Both the position numbers and the translations under genes were made by a program. Shown here in pieces: positions 1 through 12,500 of a stretch of 64,000 nt of DNA. The stretch comes from Auanema rhodensis (taxonomy: Eukaryota; Animalia; Nematoda), in the NCBI GenBank assembly GCA_964057225.1, contig OZ059896.1, positions 17,360,001-17,424,000 of the forward strand. The letters run 5' to 3'. Numbering within the stretch: the first letter of the stretch is position 1; each line of letters starts with the position of its first letter. Under the pieces are notes generated by a model that made no database searches, was not told the DNA's origin, and saw only the letters and a list, made by a program, of their open reading frames with translations.

Positions 1-249
1 GAGGCATCAATGAAAAGATTTCGAGCCGCAGCAGTAAAATATCTTTCTTAACAATGCTTTCACTGGAAAGTTGCAAGACAATTGTTGACACCTCCATGTT
101 TAAAATGTTAGATGAACTCAGACTGATCAATTGAAGGATATCGGTTGAACGATGATACGCTTTGCCAAGCCGACGTGCAAAAAAATCGGTTTTGAAAGTT
201 GTTAAGACAAAGCGTTAACTTTATGAATAGTTGAATAGTTTTGCAATTT

Positions 250-888
250 TATTTTAACTTTCCCTCTCTTGTTCTCATCATTCATCAACAGTTCGTGGTG
301 ATTCTGAAAGTTTCTACACGGCTGAACAGTAAAAATTTTTTAATCGGTTCACAACGCATTCATCAATCGGCCCACGCCGATATCCGGAGTAGTTTCTTAG
401 CCTTTTCATGCCTATTCTTCATGGTATTCTCAGTTAAATCATCGAGTGATACGACAACTTCGAAGCTCAAGCTAATGTCTATCATCCTTTGAACACTTTT
501 TCTTGAAATGTTGAGGCTCAAACTTAGTTTGTTCAGATTGAGCTCGTTGTTCTTTTGAACCCTCTTTTTTCTTTGAGAACATTCATAGTACGTGATCTTG
601 TTGTTTTTTAAAAGGCTCAACACTATGTTGAATGATCTTCTCAGCTCTTCTTCGATTCAGATTCAGCTGCTTAAAAATATCACATATTCAATAACCCAGA
701 TCGTGAAGTCTATAATAATGGGTCTATGAGAGAAAGGCTTCAGTTTTTCAAAGCATATCTCTTTTGATTCACATTTTTAATCTTTATTTGCGTATTTTGA
801 ACATTATTTTGTTTCTTTTGGTATATAAGCTTTAAAATTTTGAAAATTCGCACTTTATTTTATGCGAAAATACTTAAGCGTGGTCCCC
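250..888 (-). mobile_element. Degenerate Tc1/mariner-superfamily (maT/DD37D-like) transposon, 5' part, copy A
   Basis: Broken ORF with HTH-like LNKLSLSLNISRKSVQRMI. Its 5' end (850-888) is the reverse complement of the terminus of copy B at 956 (shared GCTTAAGTAT.TTCGCA.AA). Contains frameshifts and stops. Confidence 0.7.
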
Positions 889-955
889 AATTAATTTAAG
901 TTTAAATTATGCTAATTTTTAAAAAAAGTTTTAAATTTTAAAAAAAGTTAGAATA

Positions 956-1620
956 CAGGGTGGCGCTTAAGTATGTTCGCAAAAATTAAAGTACCAAGTT
1001 TTTATATTGTTGACTTTATATTCCAAAAATAAACAAAATAATATTGTTCAAAACATGCAAATAAATATTTATAATTTTCCTTGACAATATGAAGTTTTCG
1101 CCTCATAGACCTTCCATCGCCAGACTTCACGATCTGAACTATTGTGCTTGTGATATATCTAAGCAACTGAACCTCAACTAAAGGACAGTTGAGAAAATTA
1201 TCAAGAAATACGGAGAAAGAGAAAGTGTTGAACCTCTCATACAAATAGGAAGACCACGGACTATCAATGTTCCGAAGATGAGAAAAATTATTAAGATCCA
1301 AAGAAATAATGAGCACGCAATAAACTAAGTTTGAGCCTCAGTATTTCAAGAAGGAGTGTTCAGAGGATCGTCAAAGAAAACTTGAGCGGAGCTCTTCTGT
1401 GATGGTTTGGGCTGGTGTGACAATAGAAAAGAAGACACCTCTGGTTTTTCTCGATAGGAACATAAACATAAACTCAAAATTTATGAAGAGGAGCTGTTAT
1501 CGCAGTAGTAATTAATTGGATGCAGAAAAACTTCAGAGAAAACAACATGATTCTCCAACAGGAGTTCATGAATTCCTCTCTGAAAACAGAGATAGATACC
1601 GCTGTATCGATAAAAAATGC
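956..1620 (+). mobile_element. Degenerate maT/mariner-like transposon, copy B (terminus, N-terminal HTH, part of DDD domain)
   Basis: TA|CAGGGTG terminus at 954-962. ATG at 1089 gives MKFSPHRPSIARLH...GRPRTIN...NKLSLSLSISRRSVQRIVKENL, then SVMVWAGVT..KTPLVFLD. Internal deletions and stops. Confidence 0.75.
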
Positions 1621-1655
1621 AATAAAGAACTTAGTTTAAAATCAGAACAATCTAA

Positions 1656-1995
1656 AGGAAAATACAATGTAGGTCGCATGAAAAAGCAGACATGGGTTTT
1701 TGGTGGCATTTGTCGCGAAACAAATGAATGCTTTATCTATGTTGTTCCTAATAGAACCAAGGAAACTCTGGAATTATGCATCAAAGCATCGATAAAAGAA
1801 GGGACTACTATCATTTCTGATTGTTGGAACAGCTACAATGGCATACCTCTGATGGATATGAACTACACCCATATGACCGTCAACCATTCCAAAAATTTTG
1901 TAAATCCTTCTACTGGTGTTTGCACCAACAAAGTAGAATCGATGTGGAACGTGGCCAAGATGAAATTCAAGAGAATGTAGAGAGTATACGAAGGA
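1656..1995 (+). mobile_element. Merlin (IS1595/ISXO2-like DDE) transposase fragment
   Basis: KYNVGR..KQTWVFGG..RET..F...V..RTKETL...I...I..GTTIISDCW.SY......Y.H.TVNHSKNFV.P.TGV.TN.VESMW is the ISXO2/Merlin catalytic core. 5'-truncated and fused to the preceding mariner fragment. Confidence 0.9.
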
Positions 1996-2141
1996 ATGGG
2001 CTCTTCTGCAGTTGTTGCCAACACATTTTCATTGCAATTGAAATGCTTATTTTTTAGCGGTGCATTAGAATAAACAGATACCTAGTACAGCAGGCTGAGG
2101 TTTATTAACTGCCTAAAGTTATCTAAGGCCCATACTTTAAT

Positions 2142-2195
2142 TTAAGCTTAGGTTAAGGCTTAGGCTTAGGCTTAGGCAAAGGCTTAGGCTTAAGA
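2142..2195 (+). repeat. Interstitial degenerate telomere-type (TTAGGC)n array, 9 in-phase hexamers
   Basis: ttaagc ttaggt taaggc ttaggc ttaggc ttaggc aaaggc ttaggc ttaaga. TTAGGC is the nematode telomere repeat. Confidence 0.85.
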
Positions 2196-2221
2196 TTATA
2201 ATTAATGCTTAGGATTAAAAC

Positions 2222-3071
2222 TAGAATTGGGTTAACATGTAATTTTTATTTTTTTTTGATTTTTGATAACAGCTTATATCATCTAAAATTTTGAAGAAAA
2301 TGTTTTCTCCAGCATATCATTTTCTATACATAAATTCGCAAAGATATCCATCTACCATTCCTTCAGAAACACCCCACATTTTTTTGAATTTCATCTTAGC
2401 AACATTCCACATAGATTCAACTCGGTTAGTGCAATCCTTGGTTTCCGGATCGACAAAGTTCTTTGAGTGGTTTACAGTGAGATGGTTGTAGTTCATGCCC
2501 ATTAGTGGAGCTCCGTTATAACTTTTCCAGCAGTCTGAAATTATGGTTGAACCTTCCCTTATTGACTCTCTAATACAAGCTTCGAGAGTTTTCTTAGTTC
2601 GATCGGGGACAACTTAGATGGAACATTCTTTAGTTTCGCGGCATTCACCACCAAAGACCCAAGTTTGCTTCTTCAGGTGTCCTAGGTTGTATTTCCTTCT
2701 CGACACTAAGCTCTCATCCACTTCTACAGTACAGCCACCAATTACTACGGGTTCTTCTAGGAGACGCCAGGCACACACTTCTCTAAGCAAATTACTGTAG
2801 TCAACAATAGTGTGGTGTGAACGTATTCCTAGTTGAACTTTACAGAAATTGATGGTGGTCAACTCATAACTCTACCAGTATATGAAAGATACAATGTTTT
2901 GCAAAGATATATGACAACCTTAACGCAATAAATGAACAAAAAATAGATTTTTAATTTGTACCTTCAAACCAAGTTCCACTTTTTTTTCGGCAAAAGATCT
3001 TTCGATTGAAGAAATTCTATACATTTTTCTTTGGTCCCGACAAGAGAAAGCAACAAAAGCAATCCTTCCAT
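2222..3071 (-). mobile_element. Merlin (IS1595/ISXO2-like) transposase pseudogene with a 43-nt intron
   Basis: GTWFEG|CHISLQ...LLREVCA...VIGG.TVEVDES..SRRKYNLG...WVFGG...SDCWKSY...TVNHSKNFVDP...TNRVESMW...YLCEFMYRK. In-frame stops; GT..AG intron at 2961-2919. Confidence 0.9.
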
Positions 3072-3106
3072 GTCCGAAAATATGTAATAATTTGTGAAAA
3101 TCACAA

Positions 3107-3735
3107 CTATTTATCTACGCGAAACAGAGGCCCAATTTCGGAGTAACAGAAACAACCCCAAACCATGACGTTTCCGCCATCATGCTTGGCCGTAGGTCGC
3201 ATGTATTTGGGGTTGTACCGCTGATTGGATGGCCTTCTGACGAATCCAGGTCTGTCATTTCCGAATAAGCAAAATTTGCTTTCATCAGTGAAAATGACGG
3301 AAGACCAATCTTCAATGATCCAGTTCAGATGCTCTTGTGCAAACTGAACACGTTTGAGCCTGTTGTTGACCGAAATCAACAACTTTCGCACAGGAACACG
3401 AGTCCGTAAGTTTCTGGCTAACTGCCTTCTTCTTACGTTGGAGGGATGAAGCATAATGTTAAACATACGTTGAAGATGTTGGCTCAACTGCATGGATGTG
3501 ATGTCTGGATGCTTCTGGACTAGCCTAACCAACTGATTGTCTTGATTAGTCGTGGTTTTTCTTTCTCGTCCTCTCATATCCACTTTGTATGGTTTCTGGG
3601 CATCTTTCCATACTCTTGAATAGTACTGGGAGACATCGACAGCATTTTGCTTATTTTCCGAACGCTTAAGCCCTTCTCCTTCATATTGGTTATAATGGAT
3701 CTTACTTCAAGGGAAGTTTTCTTGCCTATAGCCAT
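3107..3735 (-). mobile_element. Tc1-family transposase pseudogene, 3'-truncated
   Basis: GRERKTT..QD..LVR; R..RVQFAQEHLNW..EDWSSVIFTDESKFCLFG.D....VRRP..QRY.PKY..PT.KH.GGNVMVWGCF. Frameshifted N-terminus from ATG at 3735. Confidence 0.92.
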
Positions 3736-3969
3736 CTTAAATTAATAAATTTCAGATTTTTATTATGCAAAACAAGCAAAAATATGAATATTTTAAATAT
3801 TAAAATTCAATTATTTTTAAAAAATTCAGTTTTCATCATTTTAACTTCAATTTTAATCGATATGTTGATACTTCAGCCTGAAACCCAAATTAATCTTTTC
3901 GAATTTTTTTTTGTAGTTTGAAGTGGTGTTCTGGGGCCTCTAACATCGGGGTGTGCAACCTTCATCGCA

Positions 3970-4190
3970 CAGGACTGTAAGTGCGGTGGCATAGGACACA
4001 CGCAAGAAAACTACTGCGGTTAATTGAGAAAGCTATAACAAAGTGAGAGCTGTAAGCAGGAAGATCGTCTCTACCCAAAAAGAGATACAGAGAGAGAAAG
4101 TGGTTATCCAGGGAATAAAGAATATTGCGCTGGTGGACAGTGGCTCATCAGTTACGCTGGTACCACTTGATGCAAAAGGGGAGGGATCAG
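3970..4190 (+). mobile_element. LTR-retrotransposon fragment (gag zinc knuckle + aspartic protease)
   Basis: CKCGGIGHTQENYC (degenerate CCHC knuckle), followed in another frame by VVIQGIKNIALVDSGSSVTLVP (retropepsin D-S-G motif, about 4100-4165). Confidence 0.65.
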
Positions 4191-5049
4191 GTAAACATGA
4201 GTGTTATTGATGAAACTTTGACAGGAGCTATTCTTCAAAAAAGCTTTCAAGTGAACATCATTCACATTTCTATTGGCATCACCAAGCAGAACAGTGAAAC
4301 AATTTCACAGTTGGAATACTAACTACAGAATACTTAACAATTCCTATTATATTTGAAAATAAAAATTCTAAATATTTAATCATACTCCACTACTGTTAGT
4401 TGAACATGATCTAGCCAGATACCATCAATTAGACAACATTTTATAATTCTATAGGAATAACGAAAAAGTAATATGATGGAATGAGAATACAGGATTTACC
4501 AATAATATCGGTACAACTCAAGAAAATCGATAATCATTTAAAGCTCAAGAAAATCGATAATCGTTGTCGGTAATATTCAAATTAGAAAATATGACCAATT
4601 ACTATGATTACAAAATTCAAATTCTGTAAACACCTCACAGTTTTAGAAATGTTGTTAATTTATTTAATCCGAACTGTTTATTACTCTACATCACTGAAAT
4701 CTTTGTCCCATATTTTAACTATTTGATTATTTCATGTTTTGTTTTTAATAAAAAGAAAAGTTTTTGATAAATGAAGTTATTATCAAACTCTGTTATTTAT
4801 AGCTGTAAATTTATCTGGAAGAATAACAGTTACCGTCCAGTGAACATCATTCACATTTCTATTGGCATCACCAAGAAGAACAGTAACACAATTTCACAGT
4901 TGGAATACTATTACTAATTACTATTATATTTGAAAATAAGTTTCATCGGTATATGTACCTGTCATATTTACATTAATTCAAGATACATATATGTACCAGT
5001 TAATTATGATGAATATTTTATTAATATAGTGTTTGTATTATTATCAGTA

Positions 5050-5994
5050 ATAGGTGTATATATATGTTTTTAGGAATTTTGCTGGCAATTACAGCTTCGT
5101 GTCATTTGTTGTGTCTTATATCAGAAATTGTTCATGCCGTTTATATCTTTCTTGATTCCACAATAGACGGAGAATTTTGTTTCAAAATGCTTCTGCCCTA
5201 TGTATTTTGCTCAATATTGCAATTTGGAATGTACTTAGCAATGATTACGGATCTATTGCTAGCAACTGTTAAGCCTATTTGGTATAATCGGGCTAACACT
5301 CGGAATTTCGTATTTTACTGTGCATCTCCTGCATTCATGTTCGCAACCATTGCCACTGTTTTTAGCGTGAAATACCATGAAGATGTAGAGATACCAGAAT
5401 GTAATCCAATCGTCGGTACATAATTCATCTAAAAAAACATAGTATTACTGATAATTGAATTATAGTTTTAAAACCATTTTTTGCACAAACACTTGTTACT
5501 TCATCTATTGGATTGAATACATTAACGCTGATGGCATATATAACAACTATTTCTGTATTTTATCTAAGTACTTTCTTCTTTCTAGCAGATATCAAAATAT
5601 AGATTCAGGAAGATCAAAAACATCATCTCAAACTAAACAAGTTATGAAACGACTAAGCGTGATGGCTCTTGTATTCATACTAACGGGTTACGCAAATATG
5701 CTTGGAGCCACATTGTTGTATCTAGTGATGGACGTGGATAAAGCAACAATGCAATTCATGCAATCAACTCTGGTAATAATTTACCTCGTTTTCTATTAAT
5801 AATTAAATATTTATAACTACATCTTATAGGTAGTTTTTGCAATTCTCAATTTTTCGCAAAATTTTTACGTCACTATCTGGAGATCTACAATGTATCGAAA
5901 TGCCTTCAGTGAGATCGCTTTAGAAAACAACATTATTCCGTGCATAGCTACTCATTACAAACAACGGAAATTGATTCAATCGCAACAATTGTAA
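5050..5994 (+). pseudogene. Srsx-family chemoreceptor, copy 1, lacking exon 1
   Basis: Appears identical to copy 2 from inside intron 1 onward. The junction at about 5050 joins it directly to the 3'-flank repeat, so promoter and exon 1 are absent. Confidence 0.8.
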
Positions 5995-6132
5995 CATGAT
6001 CATAATACATCATACAACTCTAAATATTTATAGAAATCTAATACAAAAGCCTAATAATTCATACTCCACTGCTGTTAGCTGAACATGATCTAGCCAGATA
6101 CCATCAATTAGACAACATTTTATAATTCTATA

Positions 6133-7101
6133 GGAATAACGAAAAAGTAATATGATGGAATGAGAATACAGGATTTACCAATAATATCGGTACAACTCAA
6201 GAAAATCGATAATCATTTAAAGCTCAAGAAAATCGATAATCGTTGTCGGTAATATTCAAATTAGAAAATATGACCAATTACTATGATTACAAAATTCAAA
6301 TTCTGTAAACACCTCACAGTTTTAGAAATGTTGTTAATTTATTTAATCCGAACTGTTTATTACTCTACATCACTGAAATCTTTGTCCCATATTTTAACTA
6401 TTTGATTATTTCATGTTTTGTTTTTAATAAAAAGAAAAGTTTTTGATAAATGAAGTTATTATCAAACTCTGTTATTTATAGCTGTAAATTTATCTGGAAG
6501 AATAACAGTTACCGTCCAGTGAACATCATTCACATTTCTATTGGCATCACCAAGAAGAACAGTAACACAATTTCACAGTTGGAATACTATTACTAATTAC
6601 TATTATATTTGAAAATAAGTTTCATCGGTATATGTACCTGTCATATTTACATTAATTCAAGATACATATATGTACCAGTTAATTATGATGAATATTTTAT
6701 TAATATAGTGTTTGTATTATTATCAGTAAAATAACAATATAATTTCTTGAATAAACTCCAACAATAAAATGATCAATATTGCTATTATGCTAATTTTAAA
6801 TGTTAAAAAACAAATATGCCTGAAAGTTGCCTTGATCCGTATGAATTTCAAAGATCAGCTTTTTTATGTGCGTAAGGAAAACATCGAAAATTAAAATTCT
6901 ATTAGTTAGATCTAGCTGTTTGACGATGTGCTATAAACTATTACCAAAACCATAAGTTACAATGAAGATAACATGTATATGCAAATAATATTCGAGAATA
7001 TCAATTTTTAAAGTTATGGTTTCTATCATGTTCGAATTTTTTACCGATGTTATTGGTAAAACCTGGAGATTTATTTCATCATATTACTTTTTCGTTGTTC
7101 C
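6133..7101. mobile_element. MITE-like non-autonomous DNA transposon, about 970 bp, with about 65-bp imperfect TIRs and TA flanks
   Basis: TA|GGAATAACGAAAAAGTAATATGATG...CATCATATTACTTTTTCGTTGTTCC|TA. Truncated copies at about 4452-5050, 9719-10457 and 16118-17021; inverted fragment at about 12470-12700. Confidence 0.6.
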
Positions 7102-8447
7102 TAAAGCATATACAAATATTTTATAATAAAATGATATATATTGAATTTAATATAAGAGTGTTAAAGAAAGAACTTTAGAGATATAATATACTTGGGATGT
7201 ATAATATTAGTTTGTAAGAGATAAAGACGCGTTTATCTCGAGAGACTCAATCCTTCGACTAGACGTGGGAGAAAAAAGCGCTCACATGCAAATCAAGGTA
7301 CTGGCAGGTATCCTGGTAAACATAAGCGTAGAGAGTTTGAGAATATACACAAATAAGACAACGATCTCAATTAAGAGATGGGAGGTTGAGTTGTTTTTGA
7401 GTGTGTTCAATTGCTGAGAAGTTCTCTGAAACTTTTTGTTTGTTCCAAAAACCAAAACTAAATCAAAAATGTAGAAAATTATGTATCTCAATTTTAAAAA
7501 AAGCTGTCAATACGTTACGAAAAATTCTCAATAATATAAATTCATGAAGCAAAATTGTCCCCAAAAGTTGTTTTTCTCAAATACGTAGTCATTGTAATCT
7601 TATTTCTATATGAATTAAGATTATTATATTATTATAATCATCTTCATTATATATTTCAATAAATAATTTTATTAGTCTTTTTCACTGATTTTGATTTTCA
7701 TCTCTTGTAAATTCTGAGTTTCTTTGAAGGAATTTTTTGGCCTATATGCAAGAAATTTGCACTACAGCTAAAAAATTAATTTGTTAAAAATCCGTATACT
7801 ATCACTAAACATCAATAAATTATTCAACATGATTTGTAAAATATTCCAATGAACCGGAAATTCAAAGAAATTTTTTATTTTATTTTTTAAACGAACATTT
7901 GTGACATTTTTTCTCAAATCATTAATCCCCTACTACAACCGGTTAAGTATATTCACTAAAATTATAGGAAATACTGCCCCAAAAAATTCTATTTTACCTA
8001 ATATAAACAAAATAGCACATAAATGGAGGATACAAGACGTATCGACTATTGCTAAGAAGTTTAATCCGTTGTTTAGAAAAAAAACTAGAAACAGATGATG
8101 AGTATAAGAAGTATACGATGTAATTGTACGTATATTGCATACGAATAAATAATTTTTTCATATTAAATAACATAAAAAGTATTCAATGAATATAAGAAAG
8201 ATGAAAAAGATAAAACATCCTGCTTATTCTGTATGTATAGTTTCTCTAACTGTTTTTCTTATATTGCACTTAGTACATGATGATGTTGAGCATTTTCTTC
8301 TAAATATTATATGTAAATTAGTGACTTGAACAAGGAATATATAATATTTGAAATATTTTATGTATATTCTAGACTTTTAACTATTTATTAATGTTTATAT
8401 AAGAATTCGTTAACTTATGATAAATATTATATTTCAAATTATAGCAG

Positions 8448-9582
8448 ATGGAGCCTTCGGTTATCAAAGATGTTCAAAAAGTTATGGCAAGCGTGATTCT
8501 GTTGGGTGTATTCTTTGGTGGACTAGGAAATGTTATGATTATCTATATGATTTTGACAAGAAAGAAACTACAAACAAAGTCGGGTACGTTGATCAGAAAA
8601 AAGTAAAATAGTCGAAAAATATGTAGCAGATATGTTTATAGGTGTATATATATGTTTTTAGGAATTTTGCTGGCAATTACAGCTTCGTGTCATTTGTTGT
8701 GTCTTATATCAGAAATTGTTCATGCCGTTTATATCTTTCTTGATTCCACAATAGACGGAGAATTTTGTTTCAAAATGCTTCTGCCCTATGTATTTTGCTC
8801 AATATTGCAATTTGGAATGTACTTAGCAATGATTACGGATCTATTGCTAGCAACTGTTAAGCCTATTTGGTATAATCGGGCTAACACTCGGAATTTCGTA
8901 TTTTACTGTGCATCTCCTGCATTCATGTTCGCAACCATTGCCACTGTTTTTAGCGTGAAATACCATGAAGATGTAGAGATACCAGAATGTAATCCAATCG
9001 TCGGTACATAATTCATCTAAAAAAACATAGTATTACTGATAATTGAATTATAGTTTTAAAACCATTTTTTGCACAAACACTTGTTACTTCATCTATTGGA
9101 TTGAATACATTAACGCTGATGGCATATATAACAACTATTTCTGTATTTTATCTAAGTACTTTCTTCTTTCTAGCAGATATCAAAATATAGATTCAGGAAG
9201 ATCAAAAACATCATCTCAAACTAAACAAGTTATGAAACGACTAAGCGTGATGGCTCTTGTATTCATACTAACGGGTTACGCAAATATGCTTGGAGCCACA
9301 TTGTTGTATCTAGTGATGGACGTGGATAAAGCAACAATGCAATTCATGCAATCAACTCTGGTAATAATTTACCTCGTTTTCTATTAATAATTAAATATTT
9401 ATAACTACATCTTATAGGTAGTTTTTGCAATTCTCAATTTTTCGCAAAATTTTTACGTCACTATCTGGAGATCTACAATGTATCGAAATGCCTTCAGTGA
9501 GATCGCTTTAGAAAACAACATTATTCCGTGCATAGCTACTCATTACAAACAACGGAAATTGATTCAATCGCAACAATTGTAA
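8448..9582 (+). CDS. Srsx-family serpentine (7TM GPCR) chemoreceptor, copy 2, 5 exons
   Basis: MEPSVIKD...GGLGNVMIIYMILTRKKLQTKS|GILLAITASCHLLCLISE...MITDLLLATVKPIWY...IPECNP...KQVMKRLSV...FSQNFYVTIWRSTMYRNAF matches Srsx signature motifs; GT-AG introns. Confidence 0.88.
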
Positions 9583-12500
9583 CATGATCATAATACATCA
9601 TACAACTCTAAATATTTATAGAAATCTAATACAAAAGCCTAATAATTCATACTCCACTGCTGTTAGCTGAACATGATCTAGCCAGATACCATCAATTAGA
9701 CAACATTTTATAATTCTATAGGAATAACGAAAAAGTAATATGATGGAATGAGAATACAGGATTTACCAATAATATCGGTACAACTCAAGAAAATCGATAA
9801 TCATTTAAAGCTCAAGAAAATCGATAATCGTTGTCGGTAATATTCAAATTAGAAAATATGACCAATTACTATGATTACAAAATTCAAATTCTGTAAACAC
9901 CTCACAGTTTTAGAAATGTTGTTAATTTATTTAATCCGAACTGTTTATTACTCTACATCACTGAAATCTTTGTCCCATATTTTAACTATTTGATTATTTC
10001 ATGTTTTGTTTTTAATAAAAAGAAAAGTTTTTGATAAATGAAGTTATTATCAAACTCTGTTATTTATAGCTGTAAATTTATCTGGAAGAATAACAGTTAC
10101 CGTCCAGTGAACATCATTCACATTTCTATTGGCATCACCAAGAAGAACAGTAACACAATTTCACAGTTGGAATACTATTACTAATTACTATTATATTTGA
10201 AAATAAGTTTCATCGGTATATGTACCTGTCATATTTACATTAATTCAAGATACATATATGTACCAGTTAATTATGATGAATATTTTATTAATATAGTGTT
10301 TGTATTATTATCAGTAAAATAACAATATAATTTCTTGAATAAACTCCAACAATAAAATGATCAATATTGCTATTATGCTAATTTTAAATGTTAAAAAACA
10401 AATATGCCTGAAAGTTGCCTTGATCCGTATGAATTTCAAAGATCAGCTTTTTTATGTTTACAAAACAATATACATAGATGCTAATAATGCATAAAACTTA
10501 AAATTTTTTTGTATCATCTTAATTCGCTATAAAGCTATTGTTATATAATATTACTCGAAATATTATCAATACCACTTTATATGTACTCTAATTACCATTC
10601 AAAAACCATATATACTAATAGCCGAAAGAGTATATTTTATTTAAATTTATGTTGAATGATCATTGTTTTATATTTTAATATGATATATGTTCTAGCATAC
10701 CCTAGCTTAATATTAAAATAAGTGAAGTATAGAAATAATTTACCTAGCATCCATCAAACCCGGAAATAACATATTCTTTATTTTAAGAATAACACATGAA
10801 ATAATTTGTTCGAAATTTTGAAGAAAAGATTCTTATTGATTGTAATTGATATTTATTTGAATCAAACTTTTGCGTGTATAGTGAGTAAGTATAAATAAAC
10901 TAAAATTGGGGAAACCTGTTATTTCTCATCAATCTTAAGAAATATTCAATGAATGAGACAAACCCGACGTTGGATTACATCGAATATGCCTGGTAGCATG
11001 GCTTGATATAATTTAGTAATCGACAATTACTTCACTGATTTTATTCGTATTTCAAATCCATAAGTGAGTATTTCCTAATTGAATGTTTAACTCTTATAGA
11101 ATAGTGAAGTGTAAAATCACAATTACTCCTTATATCCGGATTTTAATGAAAAATATATAATAGTTTCAAAGTAAATAGTTATGCAATAATACTTTTATAA
11201 AATAGTTTGAATGGCTCTTCTTTATATTACTTTTACATTTTATGAGTATTGAGCTGGTCATAAGTCACATCACCACTAATTTTGAATTACTGTAAGCTAT
11301 TAAATGGGGGGTAGGTAATGTAAAAAGGGCCATTTTAATGGTTTTAGTACTATTTCAAGAATATTGATACGAATGCAATGTTTTTGAAATACTGAAGCTT
11401 AAAAACCTGGCAAGAGTACAACATAGATTTATCCTTTATATAGAGTATCATTATTGAAAAGTGTAATAATTTATAAATATTATTTCAACAGTTTTTATAA
11501 TATTAGGCTTAATTTTTGTTATAAAAGTAAAATGAGACAGGCGTCCCGTATTCAAACATATGGATGTATAATATATTGATCATTTATATATTACAGTTTT
11601 TTTTCATTTGTTACATTTTATTTTAAATTCATACACGATGTCAAACCATGATCCATGTTTTCCAATCAATGTTTCCTGATCTACCCAGTTGCAGTTGAAA
11701 AGTTGAGTTTATAAGAGAAGTAGAAGTTTAGTTAATCATCATCATGGGATAACGACAAGAACATTTTCAAAATTGTTCTAACATGATAGTTGGCATGGGA
11801 AACATTCACGTCTCTCATATTAAATCAGAAAAAGATTGTTACTATTTTTAAGTTTCTTAATTATCTAGTCATACACATTACAAACAAATACAAAGTTGCT
11901 CTGCTACCGCTCACAATATTTTGTCGTTTACGCAACTATTATTCTATTACAAACCTATCGTAATCGTAATTAAGAATTTATCAATAGTTTTCTAAAGTCT
12001 CTGCTCTTGTAAATTGAAGGAAATAGCTTTTATCTATTTTTTTAATTCAAAATACTATTGACACACCTTTCCAATTTAAAAGACCAATGAGATACAGTGT
12101 ACAAATCATTGGGGACTCATATATATTTCAATTAATTTTTTCTGTCGTTGACAGCTGATTAAGTGAGTTTTGGCTAATGATTTCATATGAAAGAGGAAAA
12201 AAACTATTTAATCGTTTATGATCGTCGTCATCTTTTTCTTCCCTTCGTGGTTAAAATCAGAGCTATTAGACAAATCAGAACAATAAGCTCAGGAACGTTG
12301 GAGAAAAACGGGAATTATGTTTTCTAAAAAGTTCTCTTTGAATATTTTTATTTGTTGAGAATACTCCGTTTGAAAAATACCAGCTAAACTCTGTTCCTGA
12401 TATTTTAACGTTGATTAAGTTAAGTTAAGTTATAGATTTGAATGTAAGCTCCAAAGTGATTTTTAAAACATTTCTTTTTATTAAAAACAAAACATGAAAT

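Noticed and set aside
1516-3071. Bacterial IS1595 insertion or contamination
   Set aside because: It contains a spliceosomal intron and is embedded among nematode Tc1/mariner remnants, consistent with eukaryotic Merlin.
4500-4570. Short direct repeat CTCAAGAAAATCGATAATC x2, recurring in each duplicated flank, as a CRISPR-like array
   Set aside because: Eukaryotic context, only two units and no spacer diversity; it is part of the MITE-like element.
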